Of a stretch of 64,000 nucleotides of DNA, positions 10,523 through 20,600 are shown in pieces. A program made the position numbers and the translations under genes. The stretch is from Candidatus Poribacteria bacterium (GTDB taxonomy: Bacteria; Poribacteria; WGA-4E; PCPOR2b), in NCBI GenBank assembly GCA_965198175.1, contig OZ240245.1, forward strand, positions 4,736,001 to 4,800,000. The letters are read 5' to 3'. The notes under the pieces are model-generated. The model was not told the DNA's origin, ran no database searches, and saw only the letters and a program-made list of their open reading frames with translations. Every line of letters starts with the position of its first letter. Positions within the stretch are counted from its first letter, which is position 1.

Positions 10523-11668
10523 CTACTCTTTTAAGCTGGAAATCGGCAACCAGATTCCGCCGGTGCATTTCGCTAACAATTTCTGAAAAGGTTCATTACG
10601 GCCGATGACATCTACACTAATCTCCGCCTGTTTCATTTTTTTCAATACTTCCTTTACTGAGTATGCCCCTTCAGAATATTCATCAGTCACTAAAATAAAG
10701 TGCCGCTCTGCCCCCTTACGAAACTTCACCTCGTTGACCGCGCGGACCAATGCATTCGATACTTTTTCATTACCTCGACAATGGATGTCGTCAAGCGCGT
10801 TTTTAATGTCTGAAATCGAAGTCGTTTGCGGTGTGACCTGAAAGGACCAACCCAACAGGGAAAAACCAGCCTGGTCCCGGAATGCCACAATTCCAACGGT
10901 GAAATCCAGATTTTCAGCATTGAGGAGACTGGCCATATGGTTGAGATGATCCCGCACCGCTTCAATGTCATCACGCATGCTCTGGCTTGCGTCAACGATG
11001 AAGACAATATCAATAGAATCACGATTCCGGTTCTGTAAATGGTGCTGAGCAATCTTAACAAGTGCAATATCGGACTGTGTAAAGCCACCGATATGCGGAT
11101 GGATGATTCGGCTTTCCATCTCAAGAGATTGTCCTGACTGAACCGGGTTACGACCGTAGGAATAAAGATTGCCTGATGCAATAAGCCCTCCGTGGGGTAC
11201 CGACTTGGAGGGGAACAGTGCTATTCCATTGACAAACTTAGAAGCAGCCGGCAATGGGACGTTTTTTTCGGCCAATATCAAAGGTGGTTTTTCATTCAAA
11301 ACATTGTGCTTAACAATTAATGTGACCGGTGGTAGGGTTGCGCCAATCGCCGTCGGGGAATTCATGGCTATCGGTGGTTGCGGTTGTGGGATGTTAGGAA
11401 TGGTCGGAAGATAAGGTACTCGCTCCAACGGCCGGGGGAGGGGTTCGCGAGAAATCGGAACGGTCTGAACTTGAATAAACAGTCTTTCCTCTAATTCTGG
11501 CATCCGCATTTGGATTACCACCCAAATTACCGTTAAGATGATGAGGTGAAAAACAATTGACAGCAGAAAGGCATTCCGTGATTGTTTGTCGCTGGAGCAT
11601 CGTTTAATCATTGACGCTGAACCCTTCAAACTCCGGGAAATCTTGGGAAGATATTTCATTTGCGCCAT
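10523..11668 (-). CDS. membrane-anchored vWA domain protein
   Basis: N-terminal TM segment (SIVFHLIIL), Pro-rich linker, MIDAS DIVFIVDASQSM, and ILVTDE. Confidence 0.82.
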   Translation of the reverse strand: MAQMKYLPKISRSLKGSASMIKRCSSDKQSRNAFLLSIVFHLIILTVIWVVIQMRMPELEERLFIQVQTVPISREPLPRPLERVPYLPTIPNIPQPQPPIAMNSPTAIGATLPPVTLIVKHNVLNEKPPLILAEKNVPLPAASKFVNGIALFPSKSVPHGGLIASGNLYSYGRNPVQSGQSLEMESRIIHPHIGGFTQSDIALVKIAQHHLQNRNRDSIDIVFIVDASQSMRDDIEAVRDHLNHMASLLNAENLDFTVGIVAFRDQAGFSLLGWSFQVTPQTTSISDIKNALDDIHCRGNEKVSNALVRAVNEVKFRKGAERHFILVTDEYSEGAYSVKEVLKKMKQAEISVDVIGRNEPFQKLLAKCTGGIWLPISSLKE

Positions 11669-11706
11669 GCTCGACTAGGGGTGCAAACCCTTTCCCCTTT
11701 TGTTCG

Positions 11707-12642
11707 TCAGTGATGGGACAAATTACATAGCAAGTTCCCTTTCTGAGCACAAGCAATGCGCTCAATCTGAATTGTCGTATGGAAGATACCGAATTGTGTT
11801 TGGAGTTCACGGTTGATTTGCTGTCGGAGCTCATATGCCGAATCTTCTGTGTGCTCATCCATAACGATATGTGCACTGAGTGCATAATAATTGGAACACA
11901 AAGACCAGATGTGCATATCGTGAACATCTTTAATCGGATAGATGCCGCAGATATGCGTGGCTACGGTTTGGGCGTCTGCGTGTTTCGGCGAACCTTCCAA
12001 CAAAATGTGAGTGGATTCCTTTGTGACCCGCCAAGCCCCAATGAGAATAACGAGAGCGATGATACAACTCAGAATTGGATCGACCACGTACCAGTTTGTC
12101 CAGTACATGAGCCCACCGCCAGCGATTACTGCGAAAGAGGAGAGTGTATCTCCGATGACATGAAGCATGGCACTCCGTACATTAAGGTTTCTACGCCCTT
12201 CCCCGTGAAAGAGCCATACAATGAGCAGATTGGCGATAAAGCCGATAAAAGCAACTACAAGCATCTCCAGACTTTCAACGGGCTCCGGTTGTCTAAATCG
12301 CTGCACGGCTTCATAAAGGATCCAACCCGAAATGGCAATTAGCGAGACGCCATTGATGAATGCAGCGAAGACCTCTGTGCGGTGATACCCATAGGTCCGG
12401 GAGTGCGTTGCAGGACGTGTTGACAGATAGATTGCTAGCCAGCTCATTGCCAACGCGAGTGCATCTGATAACATATGAGTTGCATCGCTTAATAACGCTA
12501 GGCTATTCGACAAAATCCCGCCAACAACTTCCACGAGGAATACGACACCGGTGAACAGAAGTGCGAATCGGAATTTGCTCTGAAGGCGATGTTGATGACC
12601 GTGGTTGTGTGCGTTCCCCTCCACAGATTGAGGTTGGTTCAT
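11707..12642 (-). CDS. cation diffusion facilitator (CzcD/ZitB-like Zn/Co/Cd efflux)
   Basis: His-rich N-terminus; SLALLSDATHMLSD, TYGYHRTE, NVRSAMLHVIGD, VHDMHIW, HTTIQIE. Confidence 0.93.
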   Translation of the reverse strand: MNQPQSVEGNAHNHGHQHRLQSKFRFALLFTGVVFLVEVVGGILSNSLALLSDATHMLSDALALAMSWLAIYLSTRPATHSRTYGYHRTEVFAAFINGVSLIAISGWILYEAVQRFRQPEPVESLEMLVVAFIGFIANLLIVWLFHGEGRRNLNVRSAMLHVIGDTLSSFAVIAGGGLMYWTNWYVVDPILSCIIALVILIGAWRVTKESTHILLEGSPKHADAQTVATHICGIYPIKDVHDMHIWSLCSNYYALSAHIVMDEHTEDSAYELRQQINRELQTQFGIFHTTIQIERIACAQKGNLLCNLSHH

Positions 12643-12767
12643 GCCTTACCCCTTGACCTTAAAAAAAACGGGAAATCAATGGATTGCTCAAGTTTTGAAC
12701 CAAAGGAAATTTCTCAAGAATCTAGGCAACCATCAAACTTTTTCGGACGGGTACTTATTATGCAGCC

Positions 12768-13097
12768 TCAAGCCTCATCTGAAGCACTTTTAGATGTGTC
12801 ACGGCTCTTAGTATCACTGCTTCTTGTATCGATGTTTTTGGTGTCGCTGCTCTTGGTGTCGTCACTGCTACTCGATGAAGTGTCTCGATCTTTCTTTTCA
12901 GCCTCTTTGTAGCTTCCATCCCGGTAATCTGTCGTGTAGAACCCCGAGCCCTTGAAAATCAATCCTGCTCCCGCACCAATCAACCGTTTGACTTTACCTT
13001 TGCATTCTGGGCAATCTTGAATTGCTTCTTCGGTCATGCTTTGAAAGCGTTCAAATCGGGTACCACAATCAAAACATTTGTATTCGTATGTCGGCAT
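12768..13097 (-). CDS. FmdB family zinc-ribbon protein
   Basis: MPTYEYKC..CG..FE...CPEC.G...LI.....IFKGSGFYTTDY, followed by a Ser/Asp/Lys-rich tail. Confidence 0.92.
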   Translation of the reverse strand: MPTYEYKCFDCGTRFERFQSMTEEAIQDCPECKGKVKRLIGAGAGLIFKGSGFYTTDYRDGSYKEAEKKDRDTSSSSSDDTKSSDTKNIDTRSSDTKSRDTSKSASDEA

Positions 13098-13160
13098 ACG
13101 ATGAAATCCTCCCTCCGCTGCCTCTTCTGCGATTCCTGCACAATACAGGGAAGCCGGTAT

Positions 13161-13189
13161 ATTTTAACTGTCGATATATCGCATGTCAA
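13161..13189 (-). promoter_or_regulatory. sigma70-type promoter upstream of the FmdB gene
   Basis: Minus strand TTGACA-17 nt-TAAAAT. Confidence 0.6.
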
Positions 13190-13354
13190 GCAGATTTGCA
13201 AAAGGCGTACGCTATGTATACGAAGAAGCACTATCTGTGGCTTGGTGAAGTATAATTTATTGTAATGCTCGGAAGTGACATTTTTCCAGTTGTTCATCGT
13301 TTTGTTTCGTGTTACACTATTTTCCAAATTTTCAACGAAGGAGAAAAACTCATT

Positions 13355-14191
13355 ATGACCTATCCACTTGAAGATGAATTTGGAGATATCATCGGCAAAG
13401 CGAGACGTGGGCAAGGTTTGAGCATCGCTCAAATCGCTGACGACACTGGTCTCGCAGAGACACAATTGTCACAGATGGAAGACTGCACCCTAAAGCCGAC
13501 GGAAAATCACACTCGCCAAATCGCCCAGGCGCTAAATCTTGATGGCGCAAAATTGATTGACATTGCGATGGAACGCTGGGTGCCTGAACCTGTTCAACCG
13601 GGATATGACGATGCGCTGGAAGTAGTCACAGTCAGCGAAAAAGTTGGCGGTTATCCGGTTAACGCTTATATTTTGGTTTGCAAGGCGACCAATGAAGCTG
13701 CAATTATTGATACGGCTGCGCATCCCGACGTCATCCTCCAAAAGATTCAGGAAATCGGGGTCAAGCCAACGGTAATCTTGTTGACGCATGCCCACAGCGA
13801 TCACGCGGACGGTTTGCCATCAATTGAAAGTGAAACTGGTTGCCCAACTTATATTCACGCGGATGAGCCGAAACCTCAAAGTAGCCAACAACTCAGACCG
13901 CTGAAGCATGGCGCTGTAGTGAGCGTTGGCAATCTCACGGTAGAAACACTCGATACCCCCGGACACACGCCCGGCGGTTGCAGCTTTTACACGCGCTCCA
14001 CGGTGATTGTCGGTGACGCGATTTTTGCCGGTTCGGTGGGAGGTCCGAATATTTCGTATAGGGTAGAACTTTCAAGTGTTCAGAATCATCTGCTCTCGCT
14101 TCCCGATGATGTGAAGCTTTTCCCCGGACACGGACCTCCCACAACGGTTGGTGAAGAAAAAAAACATAATCCTTTCTTTGTAAACCAATAA
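13355..14191 (+). CDS. MBL-fold metallohydrolase (glyoxalase II-like) with N-terminal XRE-type HTH
   Basis: THAHSDHADG, TPGHTPGG, GDAIFAGSVG, PGHGP.TTVGEEK.HNPF. The N-terminus ARRGQGLSIAQIADDTGLAETQLSQME resembles an XRE HTH. Start ATG 13355 behind AAGGAG. Confidence 0.85.
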   Translation: MTYPLEDEFGDIIGKARRGQGLSIAQIADDTGLAETQLSQMEDCTLKPTENHTRQIAQALNLDGAKLIDIAMERWVPEPVQPGYDDALEVVTVSEKVGGYPVNAYILVCKATNEAAIIDTAAHPDVILQKIQEIGVKPTVILLTHAHSDHADGLPSIESETGCPTYIHADEPKPQSSQQLRPLKHGAVVSVGNLTVETLDTPGHTPGGCSFYTRSTVIVGDAIFAGSVGGPNISYRVELSSVQNHLLSLPDDVKLFPGHGPPTTVGEEKKHNPFFVNQ

Positions 14192-14350
14192 CCTTTGGTA
14201 GTAGCTTTGAATGATGGTGGTCATTAAACTCTAGGCTATGTCACATCCCGCCGTAGCCTAGCCCTTTGTGGGATATTGGTTTGGTGAGAACTATAGTACC
14301 ATTGGTAATCGTATGAGGGATGGTTTATTTTCCAAAAGAGGAGAACTCGA

Positions 14351-15985
14351 ATGAACGTTGCTGATGCTATCGCTCAAATTCTAAAGGTGGAAGGTGTGAA
14401 GTATCTGTTTGCCTATCCGGTCAACCCAATTATTGAAGCCGCAGCCAAGGTGGGAATTCGCCCAATCATCGTCCGCCAGGAACGAGTTGGTCTCCACATG
14501 GCTGATGGCTTCAGCCGTGTTACTTCCGGTGAACAGATTGGCGTATTCTGCATGCAAAGTGGGCCAGGATCGGAGAATGCTTTTGGCGGTGTAGCCCAAG
14601 CTTATGGGGATTCCGTCCCAATCGTCGTAATACCGATGGGCTACTCGCGTTCCCTGACTAACACACCCCCCAACTTTAACTCCTTCATCAACTACCGCCA
14701 CATCACCAAGTCCTGTGAACAGGTTACTTTGCCTCAAGTCGTACCGGAAGCTTTACGGCGAGCCTTTACCCAGGTGCGAAATGGGCGTCCGCGTCCAACA
14801 CTAGTAGAAATCCCTAGCGATGTGTTTCAGGAAGAGTTGTCCGAACCTATGCAATACCGTCCTGTGCCGATTTTGTGTTCTGGTCCAGATTTTCATATGA
14901 TACCTAAGATAGCCGGCACCTTGCTGGATGCGAATCATCCGGTAATCTACGCTGGTCAAGGTATCCATTACGCTAAAGGATGGGAAGCCTTACGAGCATT
15001 AGCGGAAATCTTGGAAGCGCCAGTGACCACCAGCCTTGCTGGCAAGAGCGCTTTTCCAGAAACCCATCCCTTGTCTCTGGGTTCTGGCGGGCGTTCCCTC
15101 CCAAAAACCGTGCATGATTTTCTGCACAACGCTGATGTAATTTTCGGCGTCGGATGCAGTTTCGCCAACACCAGTTATGGAGCTCGCCTGCCGGCGGACA
15201 AAACCATTATTCACGCTACACTGGACCCTGCAGATATTAACAAAGACGTGACCGTGGAACACGCCCTGGTCGGGGACGCCCGTCTGATTCTGGAAGCATT
15301 GGTTGCCGAAATCCGTGAGCGCTTGGGCGGTAAACCCCGTGGTCATTTCAATCGAGTAGCACAGGAGATTAATACCATCAAAGCAGAATGGCTGGCACAA
15401 TGGGACAACAAGCTCACCGCTAACGAAATACCACTTTCTCCCTATCGAGTAATCTGGGACCTGATGCACACCGTAGATGTGGCAAACACCATTATCACAC
15501 ATGACGCCGGAAGTCCACGCGACCAGCTTTCTCCCTTCTGGAAACCGGTCACCCCGCTTTCCTACATCGGCTGGGGCAAAACCACGCAATTGGGCTATGG
15601 TCTCGGACTAGCGATGGGCGCCAAGCTAGCCCGTCCAGATAAACTATGCATCAACGTTTGGGGCGATGCAGCCATTGGCTTCACAGGGATGGACTTCGAA
15701 ACCGCTGTCAGGGAACAGATTCCCATCCTTTCGCTTCTGTTCAATAACTTCTCAATGGCGATTGAATTGCCGGTGATGCCGGTTTCTACAGAGAAATTCC
15801 GCAGCACGGATATATCCGGACATTATGCAGATATGGCGAGGTCCTTCGGCGGTTATGGAGAGCGGGTGACTACCCCTGATGAAATCGTCCCCGCTATCAA
15901 ACGAGGAATTCAGAAAACAGAGGAAGGTGTGCCAGCCTTGCTAGAATTTATAACCGCCAAAGAAATAGAATTTTCCATTTTCTAA
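14351..15985 (+). CDS. thiamine pyrophosphate-dependent enzyme (acetolactate synthase-like family)
   Basis: RQERVGLHMADG, QSGPGSEN, GRPRPTLVEIP.D, and the TPP motif GDAAIGFTG...FNN. Confidence 0.88.
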   Translation: MNVADAIAQILKVEGVKYLFAYPVNPIIEAAAKVGIRPIIVRQERVGLHMADGFSRVTSGEQIGVFCMQSGPGSENAFGGVAQAYGDSVPIVVIPMGYSRSLTNTPPNFNSFINYRHITKSCEQVTLPQVVPEALRRAFTQVRNGRPRPTLVEIPSDVFQEELSEPMQYRPVPILCSGPDFHMIPKIAGTLLDANHPVIYAGQGIHYAKGWEALRALAEILEAPVTTSLAGKSAFPETHPLSLGSGGRSLPKTVHDFLHNADVIFGVGCSFANTSYGARLPADKTIIHATLDPADINKDVTVEHALVGDARLILEALVAEIRERLGGKPRGHFNRVAQEINTIKAEWLAQWDNKLTANEIPLSPYRVIWDLMHTVDVANTIITHDAGSPRDQLSPFWKPVTPLSYIGWGKTTQLGYGLGLAMGAKLARPDKLCINVWGDAAIGFTGMDFETAVREQIPILSLLFNNFSMAIELPVMPVSTEKFRSTDISGHYADMARSFGGYGERVTTPDEIVPAIKRGIQKTEEGVPALLEFITAKEIEFSIF

Positions 15986-16136
15986 GCTGAATTATGATAC
16001 TCAAGTAGTCGCAAAATCTCACTCCGAAGCTTCTCTTCGGCTACACTCATACTTACCACTGGACAAAGTGAAGGAACGGACTTTGTAGCGATAAGACCGC
16101 AGCATATGACATCCTTTCCATGCTACTTGTCCAATA

Positions 16137-16766
16137 CTACCTTTTTAGCACTTGATTGATAACTCGCTCGATTGTATCATGGTCAAATCCGCGTCTCAGC
16201 AGAAAACCGTGCATCCGTCGTTTGGCTACATGTGGCAGAAGCGACTTGTAATGCACCACCTGTTTTCGTGCAAGTTGCAGTGCAATCCCAGCTTCGTCCG
16301 TATCATCAATCGCATTAAGGACACAATCCGCGGTAGTTTGGTCAATCCCCTTGCTGACCAACTCGTGCTTCAGTACCTTTTTTCCGCGTGGTTTTGAACG
16401 CTGACGGCGATCAACCCAACTCCGAGCATAATTTTCGCCCTTAATGAAGCCTAGCTGTTCCAGGTCCGCCAGCGTGGTGTCAATTGCTCTTTCGCTAAGC
16501 CCTTTTTTCCCGAGCAAATCGATTAACTGCTGCTTGCTGTGGATCTGATTTCTCAAGAGATTTATAGCTGAGTTCTTCGTCGTCGTCACTTCATCTGCTT
16601 CGATTAATTTTTGAAGTACCTCCGCCTCAATTTCCAGGCCGACTCGCAAACCGAGTTTCGTAATCAAACTTGAATCGACTACGCCAAACTGTTGGTTATT
16701 GAGAAAAAGGGTGCATCGATCGGGGCACTCTTCATCAATCTGGATATCGGTAATCTGCTTTTTCAT
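16137..16766 (-). CDS. recX: regulatory protein RecX family
   Basis: Three-helix repeats with L...GFI....YARSWV..R, KPRGKKVLKHEL..KGI and FLLRRGF. Confidence 0.8.
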   Translation of the reverse strand: MKKQITDIQIDEECPDRCTLFLNNQQFGVVDSSLITKLGLRVGLEIEAEVLQKLIEADEVTTTKNSAINLLRNQIHSKQQLIDLLGKKGLSERAIDTTLADLEQLGFIKGENYARSWVDRRQRSKPRGKKVLKHELVSKGIDQTTADCVLNAIDDTDEAGIALQLARKQVVHYKSLLPHVAKRRMHGFLLRRGFDHDTIERVINQVLKR

Positions 16767-17390
16767 TTATTCGCTCGGTGTGGCCGCCCAGCGTGCGCCG
16801 CGCTGTAGAAGTGTTCCGAACATCTCTTGACGACAGGCTTTGGCGTCATGCCCCAGAGCAAGGTAGAAGACGCGCCCTTCACCCCAGTTTTTGGTCCAAA
16901 CAACAGGCATTGTACTGCCCTTCCACAGCCCTGTGGCGAGTACATGAACGCGGGAATCGTAGTCTAAGATATACTGTTCGTCTGTGACCATGAACTCCTC
17001 AATGCCCACCGTGATTGGGTGCGTTGTATCCGAGATATTGACCTGATACTCCCGGTAATGGGGATGCATGACGAAATGTCCTCCAATCATCGCCCGGTAC
17101 TCCGGGCACTCTCTGAACGAATCGGCAGCAGGGTGAACACCTACGAAGCCTTTTCCTGAAGCGATGTGGTTTAACAACCCATTTTTCTGGACATCTGAGA
17201 TTTTGCCAAGAGTGTAATAGAAAACGATGAGATCATAGGCGGCTAACCGAGGAGCGGTCAGGACATCAAGATCCTCTTCGATTTTGGTAATTTCAAATTC
17301 ATCCCGCTGGGATAAAATATCAATAATTGCTTCACTACAACCATTCCAGTCATGGATAGCCCCGCCAGCAAACACAAGTGTTTTAATCAT
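16767..17390 (-). CDS. ThuA (trehalose utilisation)-like domain protein
   Basis: GGAIHDW, GKGFVGVH, GGHFVMHP, HPIT.G, DEQY, WG.GRVFYLALGH. Confidence 0.88.
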   Translation of the reverse strand: MIKTLVFAGGAIHDWNGCSEAIIDILSQRDEFEITKIEEDLDVLTAPRLAAYDLIVFYYTLGKISDVQKNGLLNHIASGKGFVGVHPAADSFRECPEYRAMIGGHFVMHPHYREYQVNISDTTHPITVGIEEFMVTDEQYILDYDSRVHVLATGLWKGSTMPVVWTKNWGEGRVFYLALGHDAKACRQEMFGTLLQRGARWAATPSE

Positions 17391-17605
17391 CGTTGATCTC
17401 TCCTTACTACTAAATCGGACTTGAAAACGGTAGTTTGGTATTTCTGGCTGCGATTATATCATAAGTTTGGGGAGGACATCAAGTAACCTAGTCTGATTTG
17501 AACATTCGGAAATTGAGGACGAGAAAAGCAGAAAATGGGAAGAATAGGAAAAGAGGCGGCACACACGATGGCGGATAGAAAGGAAAAAAGGATGCTTTTT
17601 TACCC

Positions 17606-20600
17606 TTAAAAATAAGATCGCCCAAGTGTCGTTCCAGCGCTAAAGGCATTATAGGGTACACCGGCTGGTAGACTTCGGAAACCCCACGTGTCCGTTGTGG
17701 CATCATACCCAAGTCCAACAGAGGCAGCAGATTCTTCGATGAGGTTAATCTGAAAAATGAAATCTTGACGGACATTATCAGAAGAAATACCGCGCTTAAT
17801 TCCACGGCGATTCCACCGTATTGTCAGATTCCAGTCATGGAGGTTCCGCCGTATTGCAATACTTTGTGAATAGAACTGTTGTTCAATCCAATCGTAAATC
17901 ACGTTGAAGTCAAACTCCAGTAGGCGGCTCGGACGGTAGCTCCAACTCGCAGTGTAATTTCGTCTAGCGCGTCCTGTCCTCTTAGTGAATGAACTTCCTA
18001 AGGATAAATGCCATTTTGTTCTCCTGTACCTGAGATTGGATCGAAAACCAACCATTTTGTATCTTTTTCCATCAATCTCTGATTCATTCGGATTGTGGGT
18101 CGTTCTCATAGTAATCGTCAACTTACGGCTTGCCAGCGGAGTAACCCTAAAATCGCTTTCAATCAGTTCATATTTGCGATTTCTCTCCTTGGCACGTTCT
18201 GAGAAGTCTACCCTTAGCCGTGTGGTGAAGTCCAGAAGTCGGAGTGCAGATTTGCTGCGGCGGGTCTTCACTTCAATACTCGTACGAAAAATATAGGAGA
18301 GATTTTTTCTTTCAAAGAAGTGAGTGCTTGGTCCAAACTGGTAAAGGTTATCTTCCTCCCTTTCAACAGGCGGTTGATAATCCAATTTAAGCCTCGAATC
18401 AATTTGATGGCGCATGCGACGGGCTCCCGGAACGAAGCTGATGTCATAGATTCGAAAGAGGGTATTACTCACAGTTGCCCGTGAGCTATACACACCACGC
18501 AAGATATTTCGGTTGCCAGCTCGGTCTTTCGAGTGCCAAATCAGGTTACTTTGGAAAAGCACATCGAGCTGCAACTCACGATTAGGCATAATTTGTGATG
18601 TCGATTGTTTCCGTAGATCAAAGCCGAGATCCATCGTTTGCAAGAACACATCTTTCTCATTTCCAACTCGTTCACGAAAGAAGTTCCCCAAGGCGGTATC
18701 GAGATCAAAGCTGGTGTTTTCAAGCGTGGGGAAGGCAACCATCGAAAGGATGGGGCGATCGGTGTGCAATTTATTAGAGACCCAGGTTAAACCAGAATTG
18801 AGTGTTTTGAATAATGGCAGCCGATTGAAGCGCATTCGCGACAGTGAGATGGTGAATGCAGGCAGTTTTTGCAAGGTTGTTGTTCCTTCCCCGGTGAGAT
18901 CCAAGGCATGCTTCATCTCTAAACGCCCAAGGAACTCCCCGATGGTCTTCCGCGAGAACTTCAAGTTGCCGTCCTCGTCATAATCCTCCTTATCAACTGC
19001 AGAAAAACCGGACCCCCATGTCACGATGGAAAAGGAGTCAATGGTCGATTCATTTTCTCCTAAACCTTCTTTGAAAGTTCTCGCTCCCCACAGCACACGA
19101 CCCTTCCAACTCACAGGTCGCCGTCCTTTTTCTCGGCTATCCCAAGGAGTATAAATGGTATGGGTGTGCCCCCACCGCATGGTCCATCTTTGCCCGGTTC
19201 TGAAGGGTTTTTTCCGAGAAGATGAATACTGATCCTGTGCGAGAAATAGAAGATCGCCCCTGAAAGTGCGTTTTCTATCAACTCTGACGAGGCGGTACCC
19301 TTTTTTTGTTTTGATAACGCGACTCGATTCACCCCGATAAAGTCGTTGGGTTTGCGAAGCGACGTTTCGTGGCATTTCCCACCTTCCTCGAAAGCCGTGC
19401 TTCTGGTAGACTTGTACTTCTTCCTCTTCTTCGTCCATGGTCTCCGCTTCAGGCGAATCCACTGTGTCGTTAGATTGCGTATCGCGTATTGCGTATTGCG
19501 TGTTTTCCGACTGCGGTTTACCGCTCTTCTCTTCTTCTATCTCCTCTTGCTCTTTCGCGTATTCCTGCGTTTTCATTATCTCTTTTTCTGCTTGCAGAGC
19601 AGCCCATTCAGCTTCAAATTGGCGAGCAATGTCTTCAAAGCTAGGCGTCGGTTCTTTTTCAATCAACTGGAGGATATAAACCCCGAGATCCGTTTTAACC
19701 GGCGGTGTGACTTCCCCCGGCTGCTCAAACCGGCGCACCGAATATCGCCAACGATTGTCCATTTCATTTAATGGCATCCACTCGCCTCTATTGACTCTGG
19801 AAGCCTCTGCTTCTTCGTATTCGGCTGCTAACTGATCGAAAGCCTCACCGGCGCTTGCACGTTCCTGAATTTCTGTTGCTGTAGCTTGAATTGCCTGCCG
19901 GGTTTCGTCACTCGGTTCGACTGCAATGTCAATTCGACGGACCTGAATCTCTCTTTCTCCGTACACTTCAATGGCGTGTTCTACATTTAAAATGTGAAAC
20001 GCAGATTCAGTCCGCAAAATTGGGCTAATTTGTCCCGGTTGTAGTCGGAAAACAGCTTCTTCCAATAGCGGATGAAGTCTCAGTTCACCGTCCCCGTCGT
20101 GTTCTCCACGCACTAAAAAACCCATATCTCCGCCCTGATAACGGGTATCTTGATGGTCAGAACTACTCTGAGCAATCTGAGCAAAATCGGCGTCCTCCGC
20201 CTGGAGTTGTTTGTAGATTTCGTTTGCTTTCTCGTAGGCTCTTGTAACATCCTCCTCCGCAATCTTATACTCCAGGAAAATCTGGCGCAGCTTAAAATTG
20301 TCATACTCCCCTTCCAACCGATCCGACAACTCTTCCGCTTTTTCTTCAAGATTCGCGCGTTCAGTTGGTGTTGCATCAGCGGGAAGGGGAACAAGAATCT
20401 CTTGAAATTTGACATCATTGATACGATATTTTCCCTCGAAACCCCTACCACCGCCGCGGCGAGCACTCTGATCAAGCAGAAGCGCGCCATCATATCGCTG
20501 CCGGCGTGCAAGAGGCAAAATGATGCTAACAAATGGGCCCTGATAGCTATCAGTACCGAGTTTTACAATCACTTTAGCGACTTTATCCTTGCGCAGATCA

